Shown: positions 18,396 to 30,328, counted from the first letter of the stretch. The stretch: DNA of 64,000 bases from Candidatus Oxydemutatoraceae bacterium (GCA_965211995.1 OZ243040.1:1235363-1299362); one strand, 5' to 3'. A program made the numbers and translations. Notes: generated by a model not told the origin, from the letters alone.

Positions 18396-18540
18396 GGGTC
18401 GGGCGAGCGTCCTCGCCGTCCCGTTCTGGTAAACTACCGGACAGACTGTATCAAGTGTAAGAAGCACATCCCAAACCACTGCATTGTCAGTTGCGCGTCC
18501 GCGCCCGCAATTTTATCACGCCCCGCTTCCCAAACCCGCC

Positions 18541-19869
18541 ATGGCACTGATCGTCTTCGGACTCAACCACAACAGCGCACCGCTGGAGGTGCTGGAAAAA
18601 ACCGTAATTCCGGAAAGCCGCCTCAGCGACGCGCTCAGCGGGTTCAACGCGGCGGCCGGCGCCGACGAGGCGGTGATCCTGTCAACCTGCAATCGCTGCG
18701 AGATCTACGGCGTCTGGGGCGGAAACGCGGACGAGGCGGCCGTCGCCGACTGGCTGTGCTCGTATTGCGGCGTCCCCAAAACCGAACTCAACGGTCATTG
18801 CTTCACTTACCGCGACCACGCCGCGATTCGCCACCTGATGCGGGTCGCCGGCAGCGTTGACTCGATGATCGTCGGCGAACCCCAGATTCTCGGGCAGGTC
18901 AAATCCGCCTACCGCACCGCACTCGATGCAAAATTTTCAGGCGCGGTGCTGTCACGTCTGTTTGAGAGAGCGATCTCGACCGCCAAACAAGTGCGCAGCG
19001 AAACCGCCCTCGGCGAGCACCCGGTGTCGTACGTGTCGGCGGCGATAACCGCCTGCCGCCGCCTGTTCGAAAACCTGTCGGACAAGCGCGTGCTGCTGCT
19101 CGGCACGGGCGAGATGATCGAGCAGGCCGCGGGCCGCTTCAAACACCACGGCGTCGCCGCGCTCGGCGTCGCCGGCCGCTCCGGCGGCAAAGTACGCGCG
19201 TTCGCCGCCGACTTCGACGCCAAACCCCTCAAACTCGGCGAGATCGGCGCGACCCTGCACACCTGGGACGTGGTCGTCAGTTGCACCGCGAGCACGACGC
19301 CAATCCTCGACGCCTCCACGGTCGTCGCCGCGCTCAAACGGCGCCGGCACAAGCCGATGTGCATGATTGACATGGCGCTGCCCCGCGACATAGACGCAGC
19401 GGTCGAACAGTTGCCCGACGTCTATCTCTACACGCTCGCAAGCCTCGCGGACGTCGTTGACGGCAACAAGCAACTGCGCCTCACGGCGGCGGCGCAGGCG
19501 GAAGCGATCATCCGGCACAAAGCCGGTGAATACGCCGAATGGATGAACTCGCGCAGAGCCGCGGATCTGATCGCGAGCCTGCTCGACGCGGCCGACGGCG
19601 TCCGCGCCGACGCGCTCAACAAAACGCTGAAAACGCTGCGCGGCGGCAAACCGCCCGAACAGGCGCTGGCACACTTGTCAACCACGCTGACCGGAAAACT
19701 CGCGCACCCGGTGCTCGCGGCTCTCAAACGCGCCGCCGAGCGCGGACAATTCGAGTTGCTCGACGCGGCCGCACACCAATTGAAGCGTCAATCCAAACGC
19801 CAAGCGGAACGCCGGCTCGACGCCAACGCCGATGCCGACGCCGCCGCGGGGACGGACGAACCGCAATGA
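18541..19869 (+). CDS. hemA: glutamyl-tRNA reductase
   Basis: [20 protein letters not shown]...[14 protein letters not shown]-binding GTGEMIE. Confidence 0.9.
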   Translation: MALIVFGLNHNSAPLEVLEKTVIPESRLSDALSGFNAAAGADEAVILSTCNRCEIYGVWGGNADEAAVADWLCSYCGVPKTELNGHCFTYRDHAAIRHLMRVAGSVDSMIVGEPQILGQVKSAYRTALDAKFSGAVLSRLFERAISTAKQVRSETALGEHPVSYVSAAITACRRLFENLSDKRVLLLGTGEMIEQAAGRFKHHGVAALGVAGRSGGKVRAFAADFDAKPLKLGEIGATLHTWDVVVSCTASTTPILDASTVVAALKRRRHKPMCMIDMALPRDIDAAVEQLPDVYLYTLASLADVVDGNKQLRLTAAAQAEAIIRHKAGEYAEWMNSRRAADLIASLLDAADGVRADALNKTLKTLRGGKPPEQALAHLSTTLTGKLAHPVLAALKRAAERGQFELLDAAAHQLKRQSKRQAERRLDANADADAAAGTDEPQ

Positions 19870-20948
19870 ACGCCTCGCTGCTCACCAAACTCGACGCGAT
19901 GGCCGCACGCCACACCGAAGTCACCGCGCTGCTGAGCGACCCGCAAGTCATCAATGACCAGGAGCGGTACCGCGAACTGGGCCGCGAACGCGCGCGGCTC
20001 GAAAAAGTAGTCGCGCATTACCGCGAATACGGCGGCTGCCGAAACGACCTCGAAGGGGCGTCGGCAATGCTCAACGACGACGACGACGGGATCAAAACGC
20101 TGGCGCAGCAGGAAAGCGAGACCCTCAAGCGGCGGCTCACGGCAATCGAGCGCGAGATCCGTCACTGCCTGCTGCCGCACGACCCGCACGACCACAGCAA
20201 CATCTATCTGGAGATCCGGGCCGGCACCGGCGGCGACGAAGCGGCGATCTTCGCCGGCGACCTGCTGCGGATGTACAGCCGCTACGCCGAAAGCCAGCGC
20301 TGGCGCATCGAGATCATCAACGCGAACGAAGGCGAGCACGGCGGCTTCAAGGAAGTCATCTCGCGCGTCATCGGCGAAGGCGCTTATTCGCGCCTGAAAT
20401 TCGAGTCGGGGGTGCATCGCGTGCAGCGCATTCCGGAAACCGAATCACAGGGCCGGATCCACACCTCGGCTGCGACCGTCGCGGTGCTGCCCGAAGCCGA
20501 GGAGATCGACCACATAGACCTCGACCCCGCCGATCTGCGCATAGATAAATTCCGCGCCTCGGGCGCCGGCGGGCAGCACGTGAACAAGACCGACTCGGCG
20601 ATCCGCGTCACCCACGCACCATCGGGGCTGGTCGCCGAATGTCAGGAGGAGCGCTCGCAGCACCGCAACAAAGCGCGCGCACTGGCGCTGCTCAAAGCCA
20701 AACTGCTCGACCTGGAACGACACAAGCAAAGCGAAGAGCAAGCGCAAACGCGCAAAAGCATGGTCGGCTCGGGCGACCGCTCGCAGCGCATCCGCACGTA
20801 TAACTTCCCGCAAGGCAGGATCACCGACCACCGCATCAACCTGACGCTGCATCGGCTGCCCGAGATCATCGCCGGCGCACTCGACCCGCTGATCGAGCAA
20901 TTGACCGGCGAACAACAGGCCGCGGCGCTCGTGCAGTTTAATGACTGA
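19866..20948 (+). CDS. prfA: peptide chain release factor 1
   Basis: ATG overlaps the hemA stop (ATGA). GGQ motif [11 protein letters not shown], PxT-region domain. Confidence 0.9.
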   Translation: MNASLLTKLDAMAARHTEVTALLSDPQVINDQERYRELGRERARLEKVVAHYREYGGCRNDLEGASAMLNDDDDGIKTLAQQESETLKRRLTAIEREIRHCLLPHDPHDHSNIYLEIRAGTGGDEAAIFAGDLLRMYSRYAESQRWRIEIINANEGEHGGFKEVISRVIGEGAYSRLKFESGVHRVQRIPETESQGRIHTSAATVAVLPEAEEIDHIDLDPADLRIDKFRASGAGGQHVNKTDSAIRVTHAPSGLVAECQEERSQHRNKARALALLKAKLLDLERHKQSEEQAQTRKSMVGSGDRSQRIRTYNFPQGRITDHRINLTLHRLPEIIAGALDPLIEQLTGEQQAAALVQFND

Positions 20949-21819
20949 AACGTCTCCGCTGCCCGCCGCCGCCACGATTGGCACGGCGCGCGCGATCCTG
21001 CGCCGCCGTCTCAACAGCGGCATCGAAGCCGACTGCCTGCTGTGCCGCACGCTCGCTTGCGCCCGCCCGTATCTCTACGCGCACCCCGAAACCGTGCTTG
21101 CACCCGCGCGCAAGCGGCGTTTGGAAACCCTGTTGCAACGGCGGCTCGACGGCGTGCCGCTGGCTTATCTGACCGGCGTGCGCGAGTTCTTCTCATTGGA
21201 GTTTGAAGTGACGCCCGCAGTCCTGATCCCGCGCCCGGAAACCGAAACGCTGGTCGAGATCGCGATCAAGATTGCGCCCGGGAACGCCGACGTTCTCGAC
21301 CTCGGCACCGGCTGCGGCACGATCGCCGTCGCGCTGGCCCGCGCGCGCCCCGACGCGGCGATCACCGCCTGCGACAACAGCCGCGGCGCGCTCGCAGTCG
21401 CAATCCGCAACGCGCAACGTCTCGGCGCGTCCAACGTGTCGTTCGTCGCAAGCGACTGGTTCGAGCAACTGCCCGACGCCCGTTACGACGTGATCGTCGC
21501 CAACCCGCCGTACGTGCGCGACGGCGACCCTGATCTCGACCCCGCGGTCGCCGCGTACGAGCCGACCGCGGCGGTCGTGGCGCAAGACCACGGCCTCGCC
21601 GACCTGCGCCGGATTATCGGCGGGGCGCCGGCGCGGCTTCGCGACGGCGGCGCGCTGGCGGTCGAGCACGGCCACACTCAGGCCGCAGCCGTCGCCGGAC
21701 TGATGCACGCGGCGGGCTTCAGTGATATACACTGCGCGGCTGATCTCGCCGGACGTCCGCGGGTCAGCATCGGCACCAAGCGATCGAGGAGCGCAAATAA
21801 TGAAAAAAAACATCGTTGA
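20941..21819 (+). CDS. prmC: release-factor glutamine N5-methyltransferase PrmC/HemK
   Basis: SAM motif [13 protein letters not shown] and the NPPY motif. Overlaps the prfA end by 8 nt. Confidence 0.85.
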   Translation: MTETSPLPAAATIGTARAILRRRLNSGIEADCLLCRTLACARPYLYAHPETVLAPARKRRLETLLQRRLDGVPLAYLTGVREFFSLEFEVTPAVLIPRPETETLVEIAIKIAPGNADVLDLGTGCGTIAVALARARPDAAITACDNSRGALAVAIRNAQRLGASNVSFVASDWFEQLPDARYDVIVANPPYVRDGDPDLDPAVAAYEPTAAVVAQDHGLADLRRIIGGAPARLRDGGALAVEHGHTQAAAVAGLMHAAGFSDIHCAADLAGRPRVSIGTKRSRSANNEKKHR

Positions 21820-22207
21820 AATCTACGCGCTCGCGGTGTGCTTCATCTGCGCGGCGGTGTTCTCCATTTTCGTCTCGATCGGCATCTACAGCATTTTCGA
21901 AATAACCAACCCCGAACTCACGATGTGGTCCCACAACTACGAAGCGCATTACAGCAACGAAAAGTTTCTTGAACAAAAAATGGCTGTGGCCCGGGACGGC
22001 GCCAACCCCTACACAAATATGTCTCAGGCGGAATTGACGGACGCGAGAGAGCGCAGTTTTCAGGCGGCGCTCGCAACAGAGCGCCGCAGCGGACGCCAAA
22101 GCATATTGCAGTCGCTGATTGCGGTGCTGGTGCTGTCGCTGATGTTCGGCGTGCATTGGCTGATCGCGAAAAGGGCAAGACGCAGCACCGCGACGCTCGC
22201 GGCGTAA
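21800..22207 (+). CDS. small two-TM membrane protein
   Basis: 135 aa from [33 protein letters not shown], a second TM helix near the C-terminus. Unknown function. Confidence 0.5.
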   Translation: MKKNIVEIYALAVCFICAAVFSIFVSIGIYSIFEITNPELTMWSHNYEAHYSNEKFLEQKMAVARDGANPYTNMSQAELTDARERSFQAALATERRSGRQSILQSLIAVLVLSLMFGVHWLIAKRARRSTATLAA

Positions 22208-22407
22208 CCCCCGGTCATTTCCCGCTCCCCCCCGGCAATAGATTGCGCAGCCGGGTCAGCGTCGCGAACAGGGTAACCAGCGGTCATCCTCCGCTCCCTC
22301 CCCGGCCATCCCCCGCATGCCATCGCCTTGCCGCTCATTCCCGCCCCGTCTTCTTTCCTCCGGCTCCTATCCTCTTTATCAAACGGTTCGAGATAATTTA
22401 AGGGTCG

Positions 22408-22431
22408 TGATAATGAAAATAAATTTTCATC
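22408..22431. promoter_or_regulatory. AT-only dyad GATAATGAAAATAAATTTTCATC (8-2-8 perfect inverted repeat); Fur-box-like
   Basis: Seen directly, inside an otherwise roughly 70% GC convergent intergenic region. The first 8 nt match the Fur-box consensus GATAATGA. It overlaps the ATG of a 53-codon ORF (22413..22574). Confidence 0.35.
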
Positions 22432-22769
22432 GCCTCGATAAAAAACAAGCACCTCACCCATTCCGGAATTTCGGAGAGACCATCCGGGGAGATTCCGCGG
22501 CTGTAGCGGCATTGGAGCCGGCAAAGCAGCCGAAATTGCGGGGCTTGGATTCAATCTGCGCCGTAAAAACATAGACGGGCACGCCGGAGGCCAGCCTGAA
22601 GTACGACGTTTTCCCGTTATGCCCCGGCACCCGCCCGCGGCTTGCCGTATTTCCCCCCGCCGACCGAGTTGCTCCCGGCCGACTCCCCCCTCGAGGGTCG
22701 AGTGATTTTCAGCGGCCTGCTCTTCTTCCTTTGGCCGCAGTTCGAACTGCGGTTGGCCCCCCGCTGAAA

Positions 22770-22950
22770 CTGATCCAAAATCACCTCTTCAGTTATCTTG
22801 AACCTTAACCAAGCCGCTGCGGAGGGTCGGGGTTTTAAGGCTTTCCACGTTGCTGTCTTGTTCCGAGCCGCCTGGAAACCCTCAGCGGCCGCCTTTCTCT
22901 CCGGCCTCGTCCCGACACCGGTGTCGGCCGTGCTGCCGCCGCCAGCAACA
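22770..22950 (-). ncRNA. candidate 6S RNA (ssrS)-like structured RNA; boundaries uncertain
   Basis: The minus strand carries GAAAGCCUUAAAAC, then 18 nt, then CUUGGUUAAGGUUCAAG. This is the same motif, spacing and small hairpin as the E. coli 6S 3' central domain (GAGAAGCCUUAAAAC, 18 nt, CCUUGAACCAAGGGUUCAAGG). It lies in a 757-bp ORF-free spacer dense in nested inverted repeats. Confidence 0.35.
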
Positions 22951-22964
22951 CGGCGCCGCACGAC

Positions 22965-24404
22965 TCATCCGCCCAGTTCGTGCTTGAGAATGCGGTTGAC
23001 CTCGGCCGGGTCGGCCTTGCCTCCGGTCGCTTTCATCACCTGCCCGACGAAGTAGCCGAACACTTTTCCCTTGCCGGCGCGATACTGCTCGACCTGCCTG
23101 GGGTTATCGGCGATGACGCGCCGGGCGAGCGCTTCGAGTTCCGCGGCGTCGCTGATCTGGCGCAGGCCGCGCGCTTCGATCACGGCATCGGCGCCGGCGC
23201 CGTCCGCCCACATCGCGTCGAACACCTCTTTTGCGATCTTGCCGGATATCGTGCGGTCCTCGATCCGGTCGAGCAGGCCCGCGAGCGCCACCGGCGTCAC
23301 CGGCGCATCCGCGATCACGATTCCGTCGCGGTTCAGCGCCGCCGCGAGCGCCCCGTTGATCCAGTTCGCGACGCTCTGCGCGGGCGCCGCCGCAGCGCCC
23401 GCGCAGGCTTCAAAGTAATCGGCAACCGCGCGATCAAGCACAAGCCGCGCGGCCTCGTCCCCGCTCAAACCGTGTTCCGATACGAGCCGCGACCTGCGCG
23501 CGCCGGGCAGTTCGGGCAGGGCTGCGCGCACCGCCTCGATGAACGCCGCCTCAAGCACTACGGGCGCGAGGTCGGGGTCGGGGAAGTAACGGTAGTCGTT
23601 GGCCTCCTCTTTGCCGCGCATCGGGCGCGTCTCGTTGCTGTGCGGATCGAACAGCCGCGTCTCCTGCACCACCTTCCCGCCGGCTTCCAGCACTTCGGTC
23701 TGCCGCGCGATCTCGTAGTCGATCGCTTTCTCCACAAACCGGAAGGAATTGAGATTCTTGATCTCGGTGCGGGTGCCAAGCGCCGTGCTGTCGGCGCGGC
23801 GCAGCGATACGTTGGCGTCGCAACGGAAAGACCCCTCCTGCATATTGCCGTCGCAAATGTCGAGATAGCGCACGATGCTGTGGATCTTCTTCATGTAGGC
23901 GCCCGCCTCGGCGGCGCTGTGCATCTGCGGCTCGGACACGATTTCGATCAGCGGCGTGCCCGCACGGTTCAGATCAATGCCACTCATCCCCGCAACCCCC
24001 TCGTGCACCGACTTGCCCGCGTCCTCCTCAAGGTGCGCGCGCGTAATGCCGACGGTTTTGCGCGCGCCGCCGGCGAGCACGATCTCGAGGCTGCCCCCCG
24101 ACACGATCGGCAACTTGAACTGGCTGACCTGATACCCCTTGGGCAGATCGGGATAAAAATAATTCTTGCGCTCGAACACCGAGGTCGAATTGATCTCGGC
24201 GTGCACCGCGAGGCCGAAAGCAATCGCCATGCGCACCGCTTCGGCGTTGACCACCGGCAGCACCCCGGGCAGCGCGACGTCCACCGCACAGGCTTGGGTA
24301 TTGGGTGCGGCGCCATAGCCGGTCGCCGCACCTGAAAATATCTTGCTGCGGGTTTTGAGCCGCGTGTGAATCTCAAGACCGATGACCGGCCGCCATTGCA
24401 TCAT
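22965..24404 (-). CDS. gatB: Asp-tRNA(Asn)/Glu-tRNA(Gln) amidotransferase subunit B
   Basis: [15 protein letters not shown]..., GatB/GatE catalytic domain and a YqeY-like tail. Confidence 0.9.
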   Translation of the reverse strand: MMQWRPVIGLEIHTRLKTRSKIFSGAATGYGAAPNTQACAVDVALPGVLPVVNAEAVRMAIAFGLAVHAEINSTSVFERKNYFYPDLPKGYQVSQFKLPIVSGGSLEIVLAGGARKTVGITRAHLEEDAGKSVHEGVAGMSGIDLNRAGTPLIEIVSEPQMHSAAEAGAYMKKIHSIVRYLDICDGNMQEGSFRCDANVSLRRADSTALGTRTEIKNLNSFRFVEKAIDYEIARQTEVLEAGGKVVQETRLFDPHSNETRPMRGKEEANDYRYFPDPDLAPVVLEAAFIEAVRAALPELPGARRSRLVSEHGLSGDEAARLVLDRAVADYFEACAGAAAAPAQSVANWINGALAAALNRDGIVIADAPVTPVALAGLLDRIEDRTISGKIAKEVFDAMWADGAGADAVIEARGLRQISDAAELEALARRVIADNPRQVEQYRAGKGKVFGYFVGQVMKATGGKADPAEVNRILKHELGG

Positions 24405-25882
24405 TCAAACCCTCGCGGCAAGCGCCGGTGCCAATCGGTTGCGCTTTGGTAGCGGTGGCCGAGCGCGAGCAACAACCCTTCGCTGAAATGGTCGCCGGTC
24501 AACTGCACCCCGACCGGCAGGCCGTTGCTGAAACCGCCCGGCAGCGCGAGCGCGGGCAGGCCCGCGAGATTGGCCGCGATCGTATAAATGTCCGACAGAT
24601 ACATCTTCACCGGGTCGTCGCTTTTTTCGCCGAGTTTGAACGCGGTGGTCGGCGAAACCGGGCCGATGATCGCATCTACTTGCTCGAAAGCGGCGGCGAA
24701 ATCGTCGCGGATCCGCCGGCGCGCCCGCTGCGCTTTCAGGTAATAAGCGTCGTAGTAGCCCGCGGACAGCACGTAGGTGCCGACCAGGATGCGCCGTTTC
24801 ACCTCGGCGCCGAAACCCTCGGCGCGCGAGCGAAAATACAAGTCCTCCAGGTCACGCGGCGACTCGCAGCGGTAGCCGTAGCGCACGCCGTCGTAACGGG
24901 CAAGATTGGAGGAACACTCGGCGGGCGCGAGAATGTAGTAAGCCGGGATTGCGAGCGCCGACGCGGCCAGCGTCGTCTCGACGATCTCGCAGCCGAGGCC
25001 GGCAAACTGCTCGGTCGCGGCCGCGACCGCCGCCCTGACCCCCGCGTCCACGCCTGCGCTCAGATACTCCGCGGGCACGCCGACGCGAACGCCTTTGGTT
25101 TCGCGCTCGAGGTCGCGCACGTAGTCCGGCACCGGCTGCTCCGCGCTGGTCGAATCCCTTGCGTCAAACCCGGCGACCGCGCCGAGCAGCCACGCGCAGT
25201 CTTCGGCCGAGGCGCCGAGCACGCCGGCCTGGTCGAGGCTTGAGGCGTAAGCGACCATGCCGTAGCGCGACACCCGCCCGTAGGTCGGCTTCAGGCCGGT
25301 GACGCCGCACAGCGAAGCGGGCTGGCGGATCGAGCCGCCGGTGTCGGTGCCGGTCGCGCAGGGCGCGAGCCGCGACGCGACCGCGGCGGCCGAGCCGCTG
25401 GACGAGCCGCCGGGCACGCGGTCGGCGGCCCAGGGGTTGCGGGTCGGGCCGAAATGGCTGTTCTCCCCGGAAGAACCCATCGCGAACTCATCCAGGTTGG
25501 TCTTGCCGAGCATCACCATCCCGGCGGCGTCCAGTTTCTCGGTGACGGCCGCATCGTAAGGCGAGAGAAAGTTATGCAGCATCCTTGAACCGCAGGTGGT
25601 GAGCACGCCGCGCGTGCAAAACAGATCCTTGTGCGCGTAAGGTATGCCGGTCAGCGGCGTATGTTCATCGGCGCGGATGCGCAGGTCCGCCGCACGCGCC
25701 TGTGCAAGCGCGCGTTCGCCGGTAACGGTGATGAAACTGTTGAGTTCGGCGTCGCGGCGGGCGATGCGTTCGAGAAAAAACCCGGTGAGTTCGACGCTCG
25801 AAAAATCACCGGCGGCGAGTCCCGCGGACAATTCCGCGAGAGAGCCGCCGAGCGCGGCGGCGGACACGGCGGACACGCTCAC
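24401..25882 (-). CDS. gatA: Glu-tRNA(Gln) amidotransferase subunit A
   Basis: Amidase signature GGSSGGSAAAVA. A GTG start overlaps the gatC stop. Confidence 0.9.
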   Translation of the reverse strand: MSVSAVSAAALGGSLAELSAGLAAGDFSSVELTGFFLERIARRDAELNSFITVTGERALAQARAADLRIRADEHTPLTGIPYAHKDLFCTRGVLTTCGSRMLHNFLSPYDAAVTEKLDAAGMVMLGKTNLDEFAMGSSGENSHFGPTRNPWAADRVPGGSSSGSAAAVASRLAPCATGTDTGGSIRQPASLCGVTGLKPTYGRVSRYGMVAYASSLDQAGVLGASAEDCAWLLGAVAGFDARDSTSAEQPVPDYVRDLERETKGVRVGVPAEYLSAGVDAGVRAAVAAATEQFAGLGCEIVETTLAASALAIPAYYILAPAECSSNLARYDGVRYGYRCESPRDLEDLYFRSRAEGFGAEVKRRILVGTYVLSAGYYDAYYLKAQRARRRIRDDFAAAFEQVDAIIGPVSPTTAFKLGEKSDDPVKMYLSDIYTIAANLAGLPALALPGGFSNGLPVGVQLTGDHFSEGLLLALGHRYQSATDWHRRLPRGFE

Positions 25883-26160
25883 TCGAGCACTTTGGGCACG
25901 AGATACAAACCGTCGCCGACTTGCGGCGCGATTGCTTGCAGGGATTCGCGGCGGTCGCTTTCGGTCACGCGGTCGGCGCGCAAACGCTGCACTACGTCGA
26001 GCGGGTGCGCCAGCGGCTCGACGCTTTCGAGGCCGGCGTCATCGAGTTCCGCGACCAACTTGAGAATGTCGGACAGCGTCCGCGCCGCCTCGCCGGCTTC
26101 GTCGTCGCTGAGCGCAAGTCGCGCGAGCCGCCCGATCTTTCGAACCTCATCAACTTTCAT
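25879..26160 (-). CDS. gatC: Glu-tRNA(Gln) amidotransferase subunit C
   Basis: 93 aa, [21 protein letters not shown]... The rest of ORF 25879..26559 is antisense to mreB. Confidence 0.85.
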   Translation of the reverse strand: MKVDEVRKIGRLARLALSDDEAGEAARTLSDILKLVAELDDAGLESVEPLAHPLDVVQRLRADRVTESDRRESLQAIAPQVGDGLYLVPKVLE

Positions 26161-26181
26161 CAGCGCGATACACTCCGTTAA

Positions 26182-27300
<1,119 letters not shown>

Positions 27301-27370
27301 CTGACCGCTGCGGAGGAGACGCAAAATCAAACCGCTTTTCACGCTCCGCGGAGCCACCCCCAAACTCACG

Positions 27371-28168
27371 GTGCTGATGCTGCTGTCGCTCGCGCTGATG
27401 TTCAGCGACTACCGCTACGACAGCCTGCATCAAGCCCGCTACTACCTCGGCACCGTCGTTTACCCGGTTTACTATCTCGCGAATCTGCCGGTGAAAATCG
27501 GCGACTGGGCCTACCGGGAACTGTCAGAGCACCGGCGGCTGGTGCTGGAGAACGAAGAACTCAAGGAAAACAACCTGCTGCTGAGTTCAAAATTGCAAAA
27601 ATTCGCCGCGCTCAAAAGCGAAAACAAACGGCTCAACGAATTGCTGAAATCGTCGTACGACAGGATCGGCGGCAACGCCGTCGTCGCCAAACTGATCGCG
27701 ACCGACTACACGCCGTTCAAACAGCGCATCGTGCTCGACAAGGGCGGACGCAGCAACGCGTACATCGGACAGCCGATACTCGGCGCGCGCGGCGTGATCG
27801 GGCAGGTCGTGGAAATCACGCCGTTCAGCGCCACCGGCATGCTGATCTCCGATCCGGGCCACGCGATGCTGACCCAGGTCAACCGCTCGGGGCTGCGCGT
27901 ACTCGCGGTCGGCACCGGCAATCCCCGGCAACTGCGGATCGACTACGTGCCGCTCGACGCCGACATCAGGGAAGGCGACACGATCGTCACGTCCGGTCTC
28001 GACGGCCGCTACCCGGCCGACTACCCGGTCGGAAGAATCTCGCGCGTGACGAAAGGCTCGGGCGACAACTTCGCCGCCATCACCCTCAAGCCGTTTGCCG
28101 AACTCGACAGTTACCGCGAGGTCCTGCTGGTGTGGGAAACGACCGACGGTCAAAGCGGCCGGCGATGA
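27371..28168 (+). CDS. mreC: rod-shape-determining protein MreC (true start probably upstream at a non-canonical codon, about 27326)
   Basis: MreC coiled-coil and beta domains. The conserved N-terminus IKPLFTLRGATPKLTVLM precedes the first ATG and begins at an ATC that sits 7 nt after GGAGGAG. Confidence 0.8.
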   Translation: MLMLLSLALMFSDYRYDSLHQARYYLGTVVYPVYYLANLPVKIGDWAYRELSEHRRLVLENEELKENNLLLSSKLQKFAALKSENKRLNELLKSSYDRIGGNAVVAKLIATDYTPFKQRIVLDKGGRSNAYIGQPILGARGVIGQVVEITPFSATGMLISDPGHAMLTQVNRSGLRVLAVGTGNPRQLRIDYVPLDADIREGDTIVTSGLDGRYPADYPVGRISRVTKGSGDNFAAITLKPFAELDSYREVLLVWETTDGQSGRR

Positions 28169-28217
28169 CACCGCCGTGACCGCCCTGCTCAAAACCGCCG
28201 GCCTCGGAAAATTGCAA

Positions 28218-28676
28218 ATGCTTGCGGCGTTCAGCGTCGTCACCGCCCTGGTGCTGACGGTATTGCCGATCCCGAGTTGGGCTTTGCCGTTTTGGCCGGA
28301 GTGGACCATCCTCGCGGTGACCTACTGGTGCCTCGCGCTGCCGCACAGGTTCAACTTGAAATTCGCGTGGGCCGCCGGGCTTTTGATGGACCTGATCAAA
28401 GGCTCCCTGCTCGGGCAGTACGCGCTGGCTTATCTGCTGGTCGCTTATATCTGCATCAACATCCACCAGCGGCTGCGCATCTACCCGCTGTTCCAGCAAG
28501 CCGTCGCGATCGGGGCGCTGCTGGTTCCGTATTTCCTGCTGTCGCTGTGGGTGGAGAGCGGCCTGCGCTCGGTCACGGCCGATTGGCGTTACTGGATGCC
28601 GATCGCCAGCAGCATGCTGCTGTGGCCGTGGGTGTTCTCGATGCTGAGACTGGTCCGGCAAAAAGCGTCGGAGTGA
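28218..28676 (+). CDS. mreD: rod-shape-determining protein MreD
   Basis: 152 aa polytopic membrane protein directly after mreC. Start codon uncertain (ATG at 28218, or an upstream GTG). Confidence 0.75.
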   Translation: MLAAFSVVTALVLTVLPIPSWALPFWPEWTILAVTYWCLALPHRFNLKFAWAAGLLMDLIKGSLLGQYALAYLLVAYICINIHQRLRIYPLFQQAVAIGALLVPYFLLSLWVESGLRSVTADWRYWMPIASSMLLWPWVFSMLRLVRQKASE

Positions 28677-28719
28677 ACGCCGCAACGCTCCGGCACGCAC
28701 ACCGGAAACGACCCGGGGA

Positions 28720-29208
28720 ATGACCGAACTACTCGCAGACCTGACGCGCGTGCTGCAAAACAGGCGCCCGCGGGACCTGCTGCTGCTGCGCCACTCCCCC
28801 GAACTCGACGCCGCACTCCAACCACTGCTGGACCGGCTTGACCCCGCGCCCGAACTGACGCTCGCCGACCCCGCCGCGTGGCTGAATCAGCCGCAACTCA
28901 AACACCGGCACCAACTGGGCCTGCTGTGGGATTCTCCGCCGTCGTTGTCCGACGCCGATTACGGCCATTTGCTCGCGCGGCTGCGCGACCTCGACTGCGA
29001 AGCGGTGTATATCCGCTGCCCCGAAGGAGGCGACGACGCGCAACAGCGGTCACCGCGGCTGCGCTCGCTCGGGTTCCTGCCGCTTAAACACTACGCCGAC
29101 GGCGCCGCGCTGTTTTATTTTGATATCTACGATTACAAACTGCTGCCGGATTGGCTTAACCGCAGATTCTGGGCCAACCCGGAAATGTGGAACAAGGCGA
29201 GGTGGTGA
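28720..29208 (+). CDS. conserved hypothetical protein (162 aa)
   Basis: GC3-biased ORF of unknown function. Its 3' 265 bp are tandemly duplicated (see the repeat feature). Confidence 0.5.
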   Translation: MTELLADLTRVLQNRRPRDLLLLRHSPELDAALQPLLDRLDPAPELTLADPAAWLNQPQLKHRHQLGLLWDSPPSLSDADYGHLLARLRDLDCEAVYIRCPEGGDDAQQRSPRLRSLGFLPLKHYADGAALFYFDIYDYKLLPDWLNRRFWANPEMWNKARW

Positions 29209-29493
29209 GCGGATAACACCGTTGTCCGACGCCGGCTGCGGCCATTTGCTCGCGCGGCTGCGCGACCTCGACTGCGAAGCGGTGTATATCCGCTGCGAAG
29301 GGTGCGACGACGCGCAACAGCGGTCACCGCGGCTGCGCTCGCTCGGATTCCTGCCGCTTAAACACTACGCCGGCGGCGCCGCGCTGTTTTATTTTGATAT
29401 CTACGATTACAAACTGCCGCCGGATTGGCTTAACCGCAGATTCCGGGCCAACCCGGAAATGTGGAACAAGGCGAGGTGGTGAGCGGATAACGC
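28943..29493. repeat. tandem direct duplication, 2 x about 277 bp (about 97% identical; the second copy has a 3-nt deletion)
   Basis: ORF 29120..29482 repeats the C-terminal 87 aa of ORF 28720..29208, including the stop and the 3' flank GGTGGTGAGCGGATAAC. Confidence 0.8.
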
Positions 29494-29537
29494 TGAACAA
29501 CACCGCCGGGATCGTTCACCACAAGCGCGTCACCCGC

Positions 29538-30290
29538 TCACCCCTGGTCGTGCACCTCACATGACTTCCGCATCCCCGGCGGCAGATTGTCGGGACACTG
29601 CCCGCAGCGCTCGTTGCCGGGTACCGCGTATTCCATCTTCGTGGGAACCGGCAGGTCGAGTTCCCGCATGATCCGGACAAACTCCTGTTTGTTGCGGTGA
29701 TTGCCGAGGCGCGGGTTGCGCCGCTTCTCCTGCCCGACCGTGGTCAGGAACCGCCCGGTGTAGTCGTGGGCGGGATACACCAGGGCGTCGTCGGGCAAAG
29801 TGAACAATTTGTCGTGGACGCTGTCGTACAGCGTAGCCGAGTCGCCGGACTGAAAATCGGTGCGCCCGCACGCGTCGATCAACAGCGCGTCGCCCGAAAA
29901 AACGATCTTGTGGATTGCGGTGTCGAGCAAAAAAGCGTGATGCGTGTCGGTGTGCCCCGGCGTAAACAATGGATGAACCTCCACGTTGCCGACCCGAAAA
30001 GGCTCGCCTTCACGCACGCCGATATCGCGGCACGGCAGGTCGTCCATCGCCGGGCCGGCGACTTTGCAGTCCGTCAGCGCGCGTAATTTGACCGCCCCCG
30101 TGATGTGGTCGGCGTGAATATGAGTCTCAAGCGTGTAGCTCAGCGTGAGCCCGAGTTCGCGCAACACTTCGAGATCGCGGTCGGTGCTTTCGATCACCGG
30201 GTCTATCAGCACGCTCTCGCCGGTGTCCGGGCACGCCAGCAGATAAGTGTAAGTGCTGGAAGTCTCTTCAAACAGTTGCCTGAACAGCAT
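29538..30290 (-). CDS. MBL-fold metallo-hydrolase, ETHE1/persulfide-dioxygenase-like
   Basis: MLFRQLFEETSSTYTYLL..., metal-binding HxHxDH (ETHIHADH). Start at aa 93 of the ORF. Confidence 0.75.
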   Translation of the reverse strand: MLFRQLFEETSSTYTYLLACPDTGESVLIDPVIESTDRDLEVLRELGLTLSYTLETHIHADHITGAVKLRALTDCKVAGPAMDDLPCRDIGVREGEPFRVGNVEVHPLFTPGHTDTHHAFLLDTAIHKIVFSGDALLIDACGRTDFQSGDSATLYDSVHDKLFTLPDDALVYPAHDYTGRFLTTVGQEKRRNPRLGNHRNKQEFVRIMRELDLPVPTKMEYAVPGNERCGQCPDNLPPGMRKSCEVHDQG

Positions 30291-30328
30291 CGCTTTGCCA
30301 TCCGTGTTCGGCTTGCGTTCCGCCGCTT

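Noticed and set aside
22208-22964. tmRNA (ssrA) or a tRNA-like element suggested by the GGGGCTTGGATTC stretch and the TTCGAA-containing hairpin CCGCAGTTCGAACTGCGG
   Set aside because: No tag reading frame ending ALAA-stop and no acceptor-stem/CCA context. The hairpin is a perfect palindrome rather than a T arm. A 6S-like assignment fits better.
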